A stretch of DNA of 64,000 nt from an uncultured virus (IMG/VR IMGVR_UViG_3300012274_000057) (IMGVR_UViG_3300012274_000057:62001-126000), one strand, 5' to 3'. Positions 21,219-33,137 are shown, counted from the stretch's first letter. Program-made: numbers and translations. Notes: generated by a model not told the origin, from the sequence alone.

Positions 21219-22862
21219 TTATTTTTTATATAATGAGCTGGCTAAATTTGACACCCATTGTCTTACACCTAAAAAACTGTCAAACGTCACAGCATCTATT
21301 GCCTTATTAGTAAATTGAGTATAATAGATATCAATTGTTCTTAATATATCGGGTTTATTGATATTTATACCACACATATTCGCTAGATAGTCTAATAATA
21401 TAGTATTTTCCAATAAATCTATTTTACTTTTATCACTAGTAATAGTCATTATTTGGTATAAATCTTTCATATCTATAGATACATCTACTTCTGTAGGTAG
21501 TCCTTTTAATGTCCACTTACCTTTATCACCTTTTGAAATATTCATACTAGTTATTATTCCCATATCACAATTGAAAAAACCTTTATAATATCCTCTTACT
21601 AAAAATGGAGAATTAAATCCATTTGGTCCCATTTGTTGTGGTGCAACTAATGCTATTAAATGTAATAAAGGTACTGCTATATTCATATACCAACTAAAAT
21701 CATCAGCATCTGGGCTTCTTAACTTAATATTTATATTATATGAACGAGAAAACTGGGAATCATTGTATATTTCAGGAAATATCATTTTACCTCCAGTTGC
21801 TACTGTCATAAATCCTTGAGTAAGATTTTTCATTAATTTATCTGGTAAAAACGAGGTATATTTAGATGTGAATTTATCAAATTCTGCTAAAGACGCTTCA
21901 TAATTTTCTTTTTTCAATTTATCAAATTCTATACCAGCCGCTCCTCCTAATAAAAATTGCATCTCTCTACCCATATCCGATATAGAGTTTACACTACTGG
22001 ATAACATACTTTCTCCAGTACTATTAGAAAATGATTCAGATATTTGAGTCTCAGAATCTATATAAAAGGCTACAGATTCGGCACTAGATATAAATCCTTT
22101 CATTTCACTATTAGTGAAATTTTCCCATTGGAATCTATCCAATTTTTTTCCATCAATCATCTCATTTTGTATTCCTAAAAATCTAGCAACACTTTGACAC
22201 ATAGGATTTACATACGAATAATATCTTTGATAGTCAAATTTAAATGAATAAAATTTTCCTTCATCCTTGTTTAATAGTTGTTGCAATAGTGTCTGTTCCG
22301 TATTTTTATTTAATGCATATTTTATAATGTCTTTTTTTTCTGCAGCTGAATATCCATTCATAAATTTAGGAGTTCCTGGAGTTAATAGTAACATCGGCAT
22401 TTTAGTTATTATTTTTTCAGCATATTTCCTTCCAAATGTACTTCCAGGAAGTCTTGTATCTGCAGATGGCATGTATTGGTATGGCATACCATGAATACCT
22501 CTAACATTTTTTAAAAATAGTTCTGATGCCTTAGATGCATTGAATTTTGCATCTGAATTATTTAAATATGGTGTATAATCTGTAGGTATTGGTTTTTGGG
22601 CACTTGCTGGAGCTGACGGTTTCTTACTAGTAGTAACTGTAGTGTCTGGTTTAAAGTCTATTATCTTTGTTCCATCAGCTTCTAATGTAGAACTCCATCC
22701 TCCTTTATTATGTCTAATCCACCATTTACTTTGTTCATAAACTTCTAATACTTCTCCTCTTTGTACAGTTCTCACTTTACGTCCTGAAGAGATTGTTGGT
22801 CCTGTCCATACCCAAACAGCCCCTGCAGTAACTGTAGCTTTACCTATTACTTTCTCAGCCAT
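21219..22862 (-). CDS. tail/baseplate protein with N-terminal SH3b-like cell-wall-binding domain
   Basis: ATVTAGAVWVWTGP...VQRGEVLEVYEQSKWW..GGW SH3b pattern, PT-rich linker, then baseplate-like body. Confidence 0.6.
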   Translation of the reverse strand: MAEKVIGKATVTAGAVWVWTGPTISSGRKVRTVQRGEVLEVYEQSKWWIRHNKGGWSSTLEADGTKIIDFKPDTTVTTSKKPSAPASAQKPIPTDYTPYLNNSDAKFNASKASELFLKNVRGIHGMPYQYMPSADTRLPGSTFGRKYAEKIITKMPMLLLTPGTPKFMNGYSAAEKKDIIKYALNKNTEQTLLQQLLNKDEGKFYSFKFDYQRYYSYVNPMCQSVARFLGIQNEMIDGKKLDRFQWENFTNSEMKGFISSAESVAFYIDSETQISESFSNSTGESMLSSSVNSISDMGREMQFLLGGAAGIEFDKLKKENYEASLAEFDKFTSKYTSFLPDKLMKNLTQGFMTVATGGKMIFPEIYNDSQFSRSYNINIKLRSPDADDFSWYMNIAVPLLHLIALVAPQQMGPNGFNSPFLVRGYYKGFFNCDMGIITSMNISKGDKGKWTLKGLPTEVDVSIDMKDLYQIMTITSDKSKIDLLENTILLDYLANMCGININKPDILRTIDIYYTQFTNKAIDAVTFDSFLGVRQWVSNLASSLYKK

Positions 22863-22926
22863 ATTATCACCTCTCCTTTACAATAATGTTCAGATAGGTA
22901 CAAGAGTACCTATCTGAAACTATTTA

Positions 22927-25900
22927 TTATTCTATTGCTAATTTATTTAATATACTTAACAAAGAACTATCATCTAGTGTACCACCATTTGCTTTAGTAC
23001 TTTCATTAATTATATTTATCATAGAACGGGCATTTTTAGCATTTTTAGTAACTTTATCAGTTTGTTGTGAAACATCGACTCCTAATTTGCTACTCAATAT
23101 ACTAACAATTTGAGCCATACTTGCTGTATCACTAGTACTATTGTCAACAAGTTTACTTAATAACTGAATAATACTCATAAGTAAATTGTTATAACTAGAG
23201 GATTCCCCACCTTTATTATTTCTAATTCTTGCTTGGTCTTTCTCTCTAATTCTATTTGCACCTGCCTTTGTTTCTATTCTATGATATTCGTACTCTTCAT
23301 CTCTTGGTAATAAATCTCTAGGAGGTTGTTTCATTCTGTTGTCTGCCCCATAATTGTCTACACCACTTGATGCTGAAGCATTTCTTCTCTGATTTATTTC
23401 ATTCACAGAAGTTTGAACTGAAGAATTTTTATAAATCTTAGATAGATATTGGTTAGGTTCATACCTAGTAGACCAATCACCATTTTTCCTAATTTCATAG
23501 TGTAAGTGAGGTCCAGTAGATCTACCTGTGCTACCAACTTTACCCACAGATTGTCCAACAGAAACTCTACTTCCTACTGATAATGGGCTTCTATTTTGCA
23601 TATGTCCAAATATATGGTCTGCACCATTATTATCTGTAATAGCTACATAATTTCCAAATCCAGCACCTTCAAATGTATTTTGGAACACTTTACCTGCAAT
23701 AGGAGATTTGATATCTTTTCCAAGTATTCCGCCAGCACTATAATCTATACCAGTGTGTTTAGCTTGTTGTCCTGTTATAGGATCTACTCTGTCTGCATAT
23801 GGAGATGTAACAGTAGCTCCTAAAGTATCTAAATACCATTTATCGGAAATTTTAGCTGCTGATGTATCCAAAGAACCAGTGCCTCCATCAACACCTGCTA
23901 CTGAAGCTGAAGATTCATCAGAATTTTCGAATCCAAATAATCTATTAAATGCGTTTGAGCCTGCACTTGCTAAATCACTAAAGAAATTCCAAATAGATGG
24001 TTTTTCTGCTTCTGCTGTTCCTGCTTCGCCTTCTTCCCCATTTGCTGAATAACTTCCCGATGCTGATAATTTACCAGAATTTCCATTACCAGCTCCTGGA
24101 GTGTCCATCATAATAGAACTTATTCCACTTATCCAACTTTCACTAGGTTTACCGTTATTATCAACTGCATAAGTATGTCCAGGTTTTCCATATTGCATTA
24201 AATGTAAACTATCTTGACCTCCATCTACAAAGTTTTCTTTAATCCATTTAGCTCCAGCAATAATTCCATCTCTAGGCGTACTAAATGATTTAGCACTTGA
24301 ATAAGGACTATCGTTAAATGCAGCTATACCAAAGAAGTTATTTTTATCACGAACTATTTGGGATGTTCCCCAACCAGATTCCCACGCTGCATGTGCAGCA
24401 ATATATCTAGGATCTAATCCAGTAATTCTTCCAGCTTCGATAAATGCCGCTCCTTGTCCTCGCATTAATCCTTTATTTCCACTTGGTTTAGATGCTATCC
24501 AAGAGTTTAATTGATCAGCAGTAACACTAGGACCTAAAGAAGAAGTTACTTTATAGTTTCTTATATTAGATTTATTTATAGTTTGTGAAGCTCCACCGCT
24601 AGCACTGTTACCTGAAGAACTCATACCGTCTATAATCGAACTAGAGCCTCCCATACCTAATGACATAACTTTAGGTTTATAATTAGCTCCACTGTATATA
24701 GCAGTTTTTACATTACTATTTATAGGTTCATATTGTCCTCCTCTAACGCCATGCTTTTGTCTTCTACTCTCAGCTGTATAATTTCTATTAGTCCATCTTG
24801 ATGAATTAGAGTAAGAGGATGATTTAACTGAACTATTATTATATCCACTACTTTTATTCTTACTGTTTGTAGTCGCACCAGATTTACTTGGTGTATTTCC
24901 TTTAAATACAGATTGAACTTTATTAGAAACTTTCTTGAAGAAACCTACATCACCTTTAACTTCTGTATTATATTCTTTTACACTATAATCTGTACCATTC
25001 TTTTTATTATATTCGCTTACAGTTTTATCAGCTTCGTCCCTGAGTTTCTGTATATTACTATCTTCTTCTCCAAATATAGGTAATATAAAGTCAAAGAATA
25101 AATTAGCCCAAGTGCTTTCTGGAATAAATGATGTGACTATAAATAAACCACTTAGAGCCTTGAGTAATCCACAACATACCTTTTGTCCAAAAGTAGGTTC
25201 TTCTATGATACCTAATGTAGTCTTAGCATCATTAAATCCAGATATAAAATCTGCAGCAGCAAATGCTATATTAAGTAACCCTCCTGTAGATACTAGAGCA
25301 CCAACTTTAACTGCTAATTTTCCACCAGCTTTAGCTAAACTTTCAGATGCTTCTTTTAATAATTTAGGTATAAAAGTTTCAATTATAGTATCTGCTTTTT
25401 TACCTATAATACTTCTTACAGTTACATTATTAAGAAGTTTTTCCATCGTACCTTGTAATGTATTTAATGCAGCTTTTATTAATTGATTATCAGATGTAAT
25501 CGCATTCAATGCTTTACCAGCAATATTATCAGCATTTGAGGCAAGTTTTTTAGTTATTCCTCCAGATATATCAGAAATAGATCTTTTACCTATCTTTAAA
25601 ACATCATCTATTTTATTATACTGTTTTCCTATTCCCTCTGCAGTTTCTGTTATAGCAGTTCCTGCAGTCTTAGTAGTAGACCATATACTTTTACTAGTAT
25701 ATTTTAAAGATTTAAATGCTTTAGGTTTGAATGAACCATTTAATCCAGGTATCATTTGCCTTGCAGCTTTAAGACCATATTTTCCTGAATTTTTTGCACC
25801 TTGAAGTAATCCTACGCCACCCTTAAGTTTTGGTAGGAATTTAGCCGATGTTTTTCCTCCAGTAATTAAATGTCTAAATATTCCTTTACCAACTCTTCCA

Positions 25901-28900
25901 GCAATGTTTTCACTATTAATGCTTTTTACTTCAGCTTGTGCTGGAATTTGTTCTATATCCACTGGCTCATATAATCCATCTACCAATATATACATTTGAC
26001 CATTTTCATCTTGAACATATTCTCCTGTAGGAGGTAATTCAACCTGAGGTTGCTGAACATTTGTTGGCAAAGATTGCTGTTGTTCATCTATTACAGGAGT
26101 AGTTGCCATAGAATAATTGTTATATGATGAAGGATCATTATATATATTTTGTACAGCAGAGTCACTTACTCCAGAGATTTCTGAACTTATGTCGTATCCT
26201 GCAATGCTTCCTGTGGAGACAGATTCATCTTCTTTTTTACTAAATAAACTAAACTTAGATTTTTTCTTTTCTTGTTGTATCGGAGCCGTATTATTATATG
26301 ATGTTCCATTAGCTTGATTAGTGAAATAATCTTCATAATTGTTATAGTCGGTGTTTTGTGAGTCTTTTTTTCCAGTTACACCACCTACTATTTTACCATT
26401 AACAATTTTTTGTCCAGCTGCTAATTGTTTTACATTGGTATCATTTTTAACAGTGGTTGGATCTTTAAACCAATTTATTGCACTCTTAGCAACTTCTACT
26501 ACACCCTCTCCTAATGATGCAACTATTTTTCCACTATTTTTAACTAATTCTGGTAATAAATCTGTAATAGCCCATCCTAATGCTGTTCCTAATAATTTTC
26601 CGAGTTCAGGTATTAATTTAACTACACCATCAATTATATATGGAACAACTGATGACATACCTTCTGTTATTTTTGGTAATATAGATTGGAATGCACCTAC
26701 TAATGTAGGGAGTCCTTTGTCAAATACCCATTTTAAACCATCTGTTATAGCTGGTACAACTTTATCAGTTACAAATGGAATTGCGGTGTCATTTATCCAT
26801 GGTTTAACATGTTCTTCCCATGTCTGTCCAAGCATTGGAGTAACATTACCATTTATAAGACCTAATAACTTAGAGCCTAAGAACATCCCTGCTACTAATT
26901 TAGCTCCTGTTCCTAAAATACTCTTTCCAGAAAAGAAACCTTTTATTCCTCCGCCTACTCCACCTAAGAAGTTTTTTATTTTTCCAAAGAAACCAGTTTC
27001 CTCTTCTTCATCTTCGTCTTTCTTTTTAAATTTAGAAAAGAATTTAGCCATAAATCCTGTATTTTCAGCTGATTGTTCAGCAGTTTCTTTTTCAGCATTG
27101 GCTTCTTTAATAGCTTGTCTTGTAGATCTATCAGTCTTATCTACCTCTAAACCGTCTCTGCCTTTCTTTAATTTAATCTCATTACCGAATTTATCTACGA
27201 TAACTTTAGAAGCTTGTTTATCAGGATTAGCAATAACCTCTAAAGATGCATTAGCCATAGATAATAAGTCTACGATTTTATTATGTCTCTTCTCTGTTGC
27301 CATTTCTTGACTTTTAGCTATTCTTTCTGCTTCGGTTGTAGTATCCATCTTATTTCTGAAATCTTTTTCTTTTCCAAATAATCCTAAATATTTTTTGGCA
27401 TTGGTTTCATCAAAATCTTTAAATCCTAATCGTCTAAGTCTTTTAGCTGTATCAGATTTAATTTTTGATACACCTTCTTTACTAGCATCAACCTGTTCAT
27501 ATTCTTTATATTTTATATCTAAATAACTAACAAGTTCATCTTGTTGTTCTGCTGTAAGTCCTGATTTTTTACTATAAATATAATCTACAGCAGATTGGTA
27601 ATCCATGTTTGTTACAGCCTTCATTACTTTTTTAGCCTTATTATAATGCATGTCCTGAGAAACTCTAGCACCCATGTCATTAGTTAATTCCTTACGTTTA
27701 TTAGAAAGCTTATCTTTGACATTAACAAATTCATCTAACTGTCCATATATTTCATCTATTTGTTCTGGTGATAATCCTTCCATAAAAGAATCCAATTGTC
27801 TAAATTTATCCCTACCAAATACGCCCATTGAATTTACACCTTTTTTACGTCTAAATTCATTTCTTTCCTTAGCAGACATATAATCAGCATTACCTTCTCT
27901 AATTTGTTTTTTTCTATAATGTGTACCAATGGCACCTACTAATTTAAATGGAGTAGCAGCTACAGCTTTAACTGGGAACATTACAGTTTTAAATATAGTT
28001 TTAAATATATTACTTGCTGGTGTTAGAATTTTATCTTCTAAGAATTTGTGCAATGGTATCCCTAAACTAGATTCAAACATTTTATTTAGGAAACCTCCAA
28101 TTTTATCAAACATACCTTTCATCATTAATTCTACCTGTTTTTTTAATGGCTCGAATGCTTCTTTTAAAGGTTTAAGCATGTGTTCTTGAACAAAATCAAA
28201 CACATTATTCTTCATAGTACCCATGAACTTTTTAAGAGGATCTACGACTACTTTTCTAGCTGCAGGTAAGAACCCACCTTCATATTCACCAGTTTTTTCA
28301 TTATATTTTCCTAATATCATTTCTTTAAACTTATCTGTACTTGCTAATAATCCTACTCCAGAACCTAATAATGCATTTCCTAGCAATCCAAATGGACCTG
28401 CAATCATAGCAGCAGCTGCTCCTACTCCCATCTTAGGAAGTGCTTTATTCAGTTTTTGTTTAAATTCAGGTTTAAACAAGCCTTCTTCTCCAAATAAACT
28501 TTTTTGAACTGAATCATTATTCTTAGCAAATGCAACAGCAGAACCTAGCATTAATCCACCAACTGGTCCAAAAGGTATAAATGGTATTAATCCTGATACT
28601 CCACCTACTATTCCATAAGTTTTTAAATCTGGTGCATATTTATCAATAGAACCCATTAGCTTTTTATTAACTAATCCACCTTTACGTCCATCTTCGGTCA
28701 TTTCTCCAAATAACCAATTTTGAACCTTCTCACTATTTTTGGCTAAAGATATTCCAGCACCAACAGCAGCTCCTACTAAAGGACCTCCTATAGCACCTGT
28801 TAATATAGATACACCACCACCTAATAACCCAGTTGCTATCATACCAGGAGCATATTGAGATACATTTCCCATTACATCATCTAAAGCTTCTCCAAAGTTT

Positions 28901-31900
28901 TTCTTTTCCTGAGAAGATGACTTTCCAAATAAAGATTCTTTGGTTATACTAAATGCAGATTTCGTCTCTTCAAGCATCTGTTTGATTAATGGTTGAGTCT
29001 CTAAGAATATAGCCTTCTTTACAGGGTCTACAGGCATTCCATTATTATCCACTTCACCATAATTTAATTTTTCAGACTCTACTTTACCAATTATTTTATT
29101 TAATTGTTCAGGATGAGCAGATTTTAATATATTCATAAAATCTTCAGCATTCATATTCCCAAATTCTCTTTGAAGATATTGTGGTGAATTTTTTCTCATA
29201 CTTCCATATGCAGAACGCAATGATTTATCAGCTAAATTTAAATCCTTTTCACCTTTAACTAATTCAGTTAACTCAGTCAAAGCATTTATAAGTTTATCCT
29301 TATCCTCTACAGATAATACCATTTCGCCTTTAGATAAAGATGCTATTTGAGTCTTATCTACAGATTTACCTCCCGTACCTTCAGCATATTTAGGTAGACT
29401 TCCAAACATAAAGTTCGCTATATGATTTGATAATTGATTTGAAAGATCTGTATATGCTTGACCTTCAGGATGCTTCATTATATTAGGATTTAATCCAACT
29501 ATAGGAGTTTTAGAACTTGTCATTGAATTAGCAAATAAAAGGTTTCTTATATCATGAATATCACTACTTATTGATTTAAATATATTCGCTGTAGGTAATA
29601 CAGATTTCATACTTGTTGTATTTTCTGCAGAATCTTGTAACAACTTCTTTCTATTTAATTTAGAGCCTCTGAATATATTTGAATATCTTAATCGAGAACT
29701 TCTCCGTTCACCCTCACTTTCACCAGAAGGTATTGTATTTTCAGATGACATTTTTGAAACAAAGTTACCAGTTACAATATCATTCATAGTTGCTGTAGGG
29801 GCTATTGATGCTAATTCAGCTAAAGTCATATCGTATTCATTTTCTTGTAATAAGAATTGTGGAGCTAACCTTTTTTTATTAGCCATCTTATCTTTTATTT
29901 TTCCTACTAAAGGTCCAAAGGCATCTTTAAACGCATCTTTAATAGTATCTCCAGCCGATTTAAAGGTATTTTTTATTTCTTCATTTATTTTACTAAATAT
30001 TCCTTTTTCATTCTCATCTCCAACTAGGAAAGTTTTTAACTTTTTGCTTAATTCATCAACATCTAAACCGAACATACCGAAAAACTTCTTACCTACATCT
30101 TTAAAATTTTCTACATTAAGTTTATCTTTTACAGGATTTAATATAGTTTCATCTAACCAATTGTTAAATTTGCTAAATGTTTGATTTAAATTATATGTCA
30201 ATGAATCTATAAATCCCATGTGTTTATTCTCTTCAGGTTTGCCATAAATAGCTTCATACAGTTTTTGATCAACCTTATCAAGTGTTCTAGCAAAGAATTC
30301 TACTGGTTTCTTACTTATTTGATCCATTTGATCTATAAATACTTTAGTTTTCTCAGATAAATTAGTCGCATTTAATAATTTATCTATTAAACTAACAGAT
30401 TTATTTTCTTTTTCTTTTAATTTAGAATTTATATTTCTAACCTCTAGCATATTGTCTAATGATGATACTACATCATCACTGTCCATATTTGAGTAATCAA
30501 CATATCCCAGTCTACTTTTTTCCATCCTAGATTTTTGTTCCCTTAAAAATCTCTCGTTATCTCTTTGATATTGTTCTCTTTGTTTAATATCATTAGTTTT
30601 ATTATTTGCATTAGAACTCGGTATTTGAATAGAGTTGAAATCTAATATTTCTCCATTGCCTCCAAACATTATTCCAGCTTGTCTTATATAAGTAAGCTCT
30701 TTATACATATTTTGAAGATAGAAAAATATATTACGCCCTTTATCATCTATCGATTTTAATATAGAATTACTGGATAGACCTGTAACTATTTGATCTTTTT
30801 CTTTATTATTGAAGCCAAAATTATTAAATAGATGTCTATACATGGAATCAGATTGTTCTATATCTTTTATAGCAGCATCTTCTCTTTCACGTCCTTGCAT
30901 TATACTAGTATTTATTCCATGTTTCATATGCCTAGGAGCATTTTTAAACATACCTCTAATATATTGATAATTTTTTGTACTTACTCCATATTTAATTGCT
31001 TCAGAAGTCCAGTCATCACTCTTAGCATTTATATTAAATAACTCCTGGTTATTATATAAGTAAGAGAGAATAGTATCTATATCTTTCTCTAATTCATCCC
31101 TATCTTTTTTAGATTCAAAAGCAATTGCTTTCATATATTCTAGGAACTGATCTTTCATCTCTGAAGTAGAATCTTTGGCAAAGTTATCTCTCATTTTTCT
31201 ATATTCTTGACTCAGAATGTTACTGCTTACGAATTTACCAGATTTATAATCAAATATTTGAGGGGCTTGACCAGATAATAATGAAATTATTTTACTCATT
31301 TGCATAGGTAACACTTCAGTTAAGGCTTTACGAGATATTCCATCCCAATCTACCTTTCCTTTATTATATAATCCAGTATCTGCTTCACCCTTAACATTAT
31401 TTCTAATTCCTAATATTCTTCCTATTGCAGACGCAATCATATTATCGTCATTAGCCATAGAATTAAATTTAGTCATTAATGAACCAAAGAACCCATTTAT
31501 AGATTTATCTAAGTTGGCAGCTGATTTTTCTATAACCTTAGGTGTAAGTTTATTTATAATGGCATTAGGAATAAACTTTAATGGAGACGATGCAAATGCT
31601 AAAAGTAAATTACTATCCTCTCCAAACATATCGTTCATAGAACTAACTGCACCTAATTCGCCAGATAGATTTCTTTTTACCTGGGTCGCATATTTTTTTA
31701 TATCAAACCCTCCAAGAGATATATCCGAATAAGAAAGTGACTTACTACCTCCACTTTCTTTTTTCTGTTGTTCATTATCATTTTTAGTCATAGATTCAGC
31801 TATTTGTCTTAAAAGTGCTACTTGATCTTGCTGTAATTTAACTGACTCTTCATAAAATATTTTTGAGTTAGATGCATGAGATTGTATAGTGCTTGTAGAG

Positions 31901-32508
31901 AATTGTAATAGATTAGCTATATTATTATTAATAGAAAATAAATTACTATTAAACTTATTAAATGCTCTTATATTTTGAGTATATAAGATATTCGTATTAG
32001 ATTTTTGATTTTCTACTATATATTCTCCTGTTTTTACTAATGCCATAGAAACTGCATCAGCTGAAGACCTTGATGATTCGCCTATCATACTTGCTATAGC
32101 TTTTTCGCCACTAGTTATATCAGTATTATCATCAAAAACACCAAAATCTGAGTCACCATCATTAAAATCAGATTCAAAGTCCCAATCGTCTCCATCTAAA
32201 CCCATAACTTTTCTATCTAATTCGTCTTCTCGTTGTTTATTATAGAATTTACCAGATTTTATATCTTCTATAATTGAAGTTTTTAATTGATCCCCAGCTT
32301 CATATATTTTAGAACCTGCAAATACAGATTTTGCTCTGAGGAATGTTCCTCTATAGTCTCTAATAGAATGATGAACATCTTTAAATAATTCTGCATTGGT
32401 TTCTACGAACTCTGCCGTAGAAGGCGTCATCTTTTTTATTTTATCCACTGCTGAATAGCTTACAGACTTTCCTAAGTTGCTTATATATCCCGCTATATTA
32501 GTTGCCAT
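22927..32508 (-). CDS. tape-measure-like tail protein with C-terminal GH73 glucosaminidase and M23 peptidase domains
   Basis: 3193 aa; YAEGT...LSKGEMV motif, Gly-rich hydrophobic helices, AAWESGWG..NNFFGI (GH73), HTGID...GH...STGPHLHYE (M23). Confidence 0.85.
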   Translation of the reverse strand: MATNIAGYISNLGKSVSYSAVDKIKKMTPSTAEFVETNAELFKDVHHSIRDYRGTFLRAKSVFAGSKIYEAGDQLKTSIIEDIKSGKFYNKQREDELDRKVMGLDGDDWDFESDFNDGDSDFGVFDDNTDITSGEKAIASMIGESSRSSADAVSMALVKTGEYIVENQKSNTNILYTQNIRAFNKFNSNLFSINNNIANLLQFSTSTIQSHASNSKIFYEESVKLQQDQVALLRQIAESMTKNDNEQQKKESGGSKSLSYSDISLGGFDIKKYATQVKRNLSGELGAVSSMNDMFGEDSNLLLAFASSPLKFIPNAIINKLTPKVIEKSAANLDKSINGFFGSLMTKFNSMANDDNMIASAIGRILGIRNNVKGEADTGLYNKGKVDWDGISRKALTEVLPMQMSKIISLLSGQAPQIFDYKSGKFVSSNILSQEYRKMRDNFAKDSTSEMKDQFLEYMKAIAFESKKDRDELEKDIDTILSYLYNNQELFNINAKSDDWTSEAIKYGVSTKNYQYIRGMFKNAPRHMKHGINTSIMQGREREDAAIKDIEQSDSMYRHLFNNFGFNNKEKDQIVTGLSSNSILKSIDDKGRNIFFYLQNMYKELTYIRQAGIMFGGNGEILDFNSIQIPSSNANNKTNDIKQREQYQRDNERFLREQKSRMEKSRLGYVDYSNMDSDDVVSSLDNMLEVRNINSKLKEKENKSVSLIDKLLNATNLSEKTKVFIDQMDQISKKPVEFFARTLDKVDQKLYEAIYGKPEENKHMGFIDSLTYNLNQTFSKFNNWLDETILNPVKDKLNVENFKDVGKKFFGMFGLDVDELSKKLKTFLVGDENEKGIFSKINEEIKNTFKSAGDTIKDAFKDAFGPLVGKIKDKMANKKRLAPQFLLQENEYDMTLAELASIAPTATMNDIVTGNFVSKMSSENTIPSGESEGERRSSRLRYSNIFRGSKLNRKKLLQDSAENTTSMKSVLPTANIFKSISSDIHDIRNLLFANSMTSSKTPIVGLNPNIMKHPEGQAYTDLSNQLSNHIANFMFGSLPKYAEGTGGKSVDKTQIASLSKGEMVLSVEDKDKLINALTELTELVKGEKDLNLADKSLRSAYGSMRKNSPQYLQREFGNMNAEDFMNILKSAHPEQLNKIIGKVESEKLNYGEVDNNGMPVDPVKKAIFLETQPLIKQMLEETKSAFSITKESLFGKSSSQEKKNFGEALDDVMGNVSQYAPGMIATGLLGGGVSILTGAIGGPLVGAAVGAGISLAKNSEKVQNWLFGEMTEDGRKGGLVNKKLMGSIDKYAPDLKTYGIVGGVSGLIPFIPFGPVGGLMLGSAVAFAKNNDSVQKSLFGEEGLFKPEFKQKLNKALPKMGVGAAAAMIAGPFGLLGNALLGSGVGLLASTDKFKEMILGKYNEKTGEYEGGFLPAARKVVVDPLKKFMGTMKNNVFDFVQEHMLKPLKEAFEPLKKQVELMMKGMFDKIGGFLNKMFESSLGIPLHKFLEDKILTPASNIFKTIFKTVMFPVKAVAATPFKLVGAIGTHYRKKQIREGNADYMSAKERNEFRRKKGVNSMGVFGRDKFRQLDSFMEGLSPEQIDEIYGQLDEFVNVKDKLSNKRKELTNDMGARVSQDMHYNKAKKVMKAVTNMDYQSAVDYIYSKKSGLTAEQQDELVSYLDIKYKEYEQVDASKEGVSKIKSDTAKRLRRLGFKDFDETNAKKYLGLFGKEKDFRNKMDTTTEAERIAKSQEMATEKRHNKIVDLLSMANASLEVIANPDKQASKVIVDKFGNEIKLKKGRDGLEVDKTDRSTRQAIKEANAEKETAEQSAENTGFMAKFFSKFKKKDEDEEEETGFFGKIKNFLGGVGGGIKGFFSGKSILGTGAKLVAGMFLGSKLLGLINGNVTPMLGQTWEEHVKPWINDTAIPFVTDKVVPAITDGLKWVFDKGLPTLVGAFQSILPKITEGMSSVVPYIIDGVVKLIPELGKLLGTALGWAITDLLPELVKNSGKIVASLGEGVVEVAKSAINWFKDPTTVKNDTNVKQLAAGQKIVNGKIVGGVTGKKDSQNTDYNNYEDYFTNQANGTSYNNTAPIQQEKKKSKFSLFSKKEDESVSTGSIAGYDISSEISGVSDSAVQNIYNDPSSYNNYSMATTPVIDEQQQSLPTNVQQPQVELPPTGEYVQDENGQMYILVDGLYEPVDIEQIPAQAEVKSINSENIAGRVGKGIFRHLITGGKTSAKFLPKLKGGVGLLQGAKNSGKYGLKAARQMIPGLNGSFKPKAFKSLKYTSKSIWSTTKTAGTAITETAEGIGKQYNKIDDVLKIGKRSISDISGGITKKLASNADNIAGKALNAITSDNQLIKAALNTLQGTMEKLLNNVTVRSIIGKKADTIIETFIPKLLKEASESLAKAGGKLAVKVGALVSTGGLLNIAFAAADFISGFNDAKTTLGIIEEPTFGQKVCCGLLKALSGLFIVTSFIPESTWANLFFDFILPIFGEEDSNIQKLRDEADKTVSEYNKKNGTDYSVKEYNTEVKGDVGFFKKVSNKVQSVFKGNTPSKSGATTNSKNKSSGYNNSSVKSSSYSNSSRWTNRNYTAESRRQKHGVRGGQYEPINSNVKTAIYSGANYKPKVMSLGMGGSSSIIDGMSSSGNSASGGASQTINKSNIRNYKVTSSLGPSVTADQLNSWIASKPSGNKGLMRGQGAAFIEAGRITGLDPRYIAAHAAWESGWGTSQIVRDKNNFFGIAAFNDSPYSSAKSFSTPRDGIIAGAKWIKENFVDGGQDSLHLMQYGKPGHTYAVDNNGKPSESWISGISSIMMDTPGAGNGNSGKLSASGSYSANGEEGEAGTAEAEKPSIWNFFSDLASAGSNAFNRLFGFENSDESSASVAGVDGGTGSLDTSAAKISDKWYLDTLGATVTSPYADRVDPITGQQAKHTGIDYSAGGILGKDIKSPIAGKVFQNTFEGAGFGNYVAITDNNGADHIFGHMQNRSPLSVGSRVSVGQSVGKVGSTGRSTGPHLHYEIRKNGDWSTRYEPNQYLSKIYKNSSVQTSVNEINQRRNASASSGVDNYGADNRMKQPPRDLLPRDEEYEYHRIETKAGANRIREKDQARIRNNKGGESSSYNNLLMSIIQLLSKLVDNSTSDTASMAQIVSILSSKLGVDVSQQTDKVTKNAKNARSMINIINESTKANGGTLDDSSLLSILNKLAIE

Positions 32509-32612
32509 AATTGTGACCTCCTTTACTATTTAATTATATTTATGTTAAGGAGACAAAAAACAAAGGTATGAGTATTTAAACTCATACCTTTATTAAAAAT
32601 TTATTATTATAA

Positions 32613-33137
32613 TTATTTAAGCCATTCTGGGCAAGAACCTATTACTCTAGCACTTGTATGTGCTTTTGTAGTAGTCTCAGCTGGTACATATATACCTTTA
32701 CCATTATCATCTACTCCAACTTTTTGAGGATAAGTTCTCTTAGTTTCCTCAACATCTTTTTTAATTAAAGAAATGTTCGAAGTTGCTCTTCCTCCTAATG
32801 GAAGCTTTCTTCCTGTTTGAAGGTAAGTATTAACGAATTCTTTACTTACACCTACAAGTGTAACAGCATCTGATTTTTTGAAATCATATTCGTCTGCTAA
32901 TTTTTGTGCTTCTGCACTTGGAATTTTTGCTGCTGAAGATATTACATTTCCTACCATTGATCTAATGTCTTCTGCTGGACAATATTCTCCTTCTTTTCCA
33001 TTCTTGCTGTAAATATCTACTTTGAATTCTCTGTCGTTTACCATAGCTTTCATTACTGATATTTCATCCTTCTGAGATGAAGATTCCTGTGTTCTGTTCT
33101 CGTTTATAGTTTTTACTAACTCTAATACTTTTTCCAT
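32613..33137 (-). CDS. conserved-looking hypothetical protein (174 aa)
   Basis: GGGAGG RBS, late motif 33178-33189, terminator 32562-32591. Confidence 0.75.
   Translation of the reverse strand: MEKVLELVKTINENRTQESSSQKDEISVMKAMVNDREFKVDIYSKNGKEGEYCPAEDIRSMVGNVISSAAKIPSAEAQKLADEYDFKKSDAVTLVGVSKEFVNTYLQTGRKLPLGGRATSNISLIKKDVEETKRTYPQKVGVDDNGKGIYVPAETTTKAHTSARVIGSCPEWLK

Noticed and set aside
23596..31732. Plus-strand ORFs (up to 319 aa) inside the 3193-aa gene
   Set aside because: Antisense shadow frames with Ser/Pro/Leu-biased translations and no RBS or promoter support
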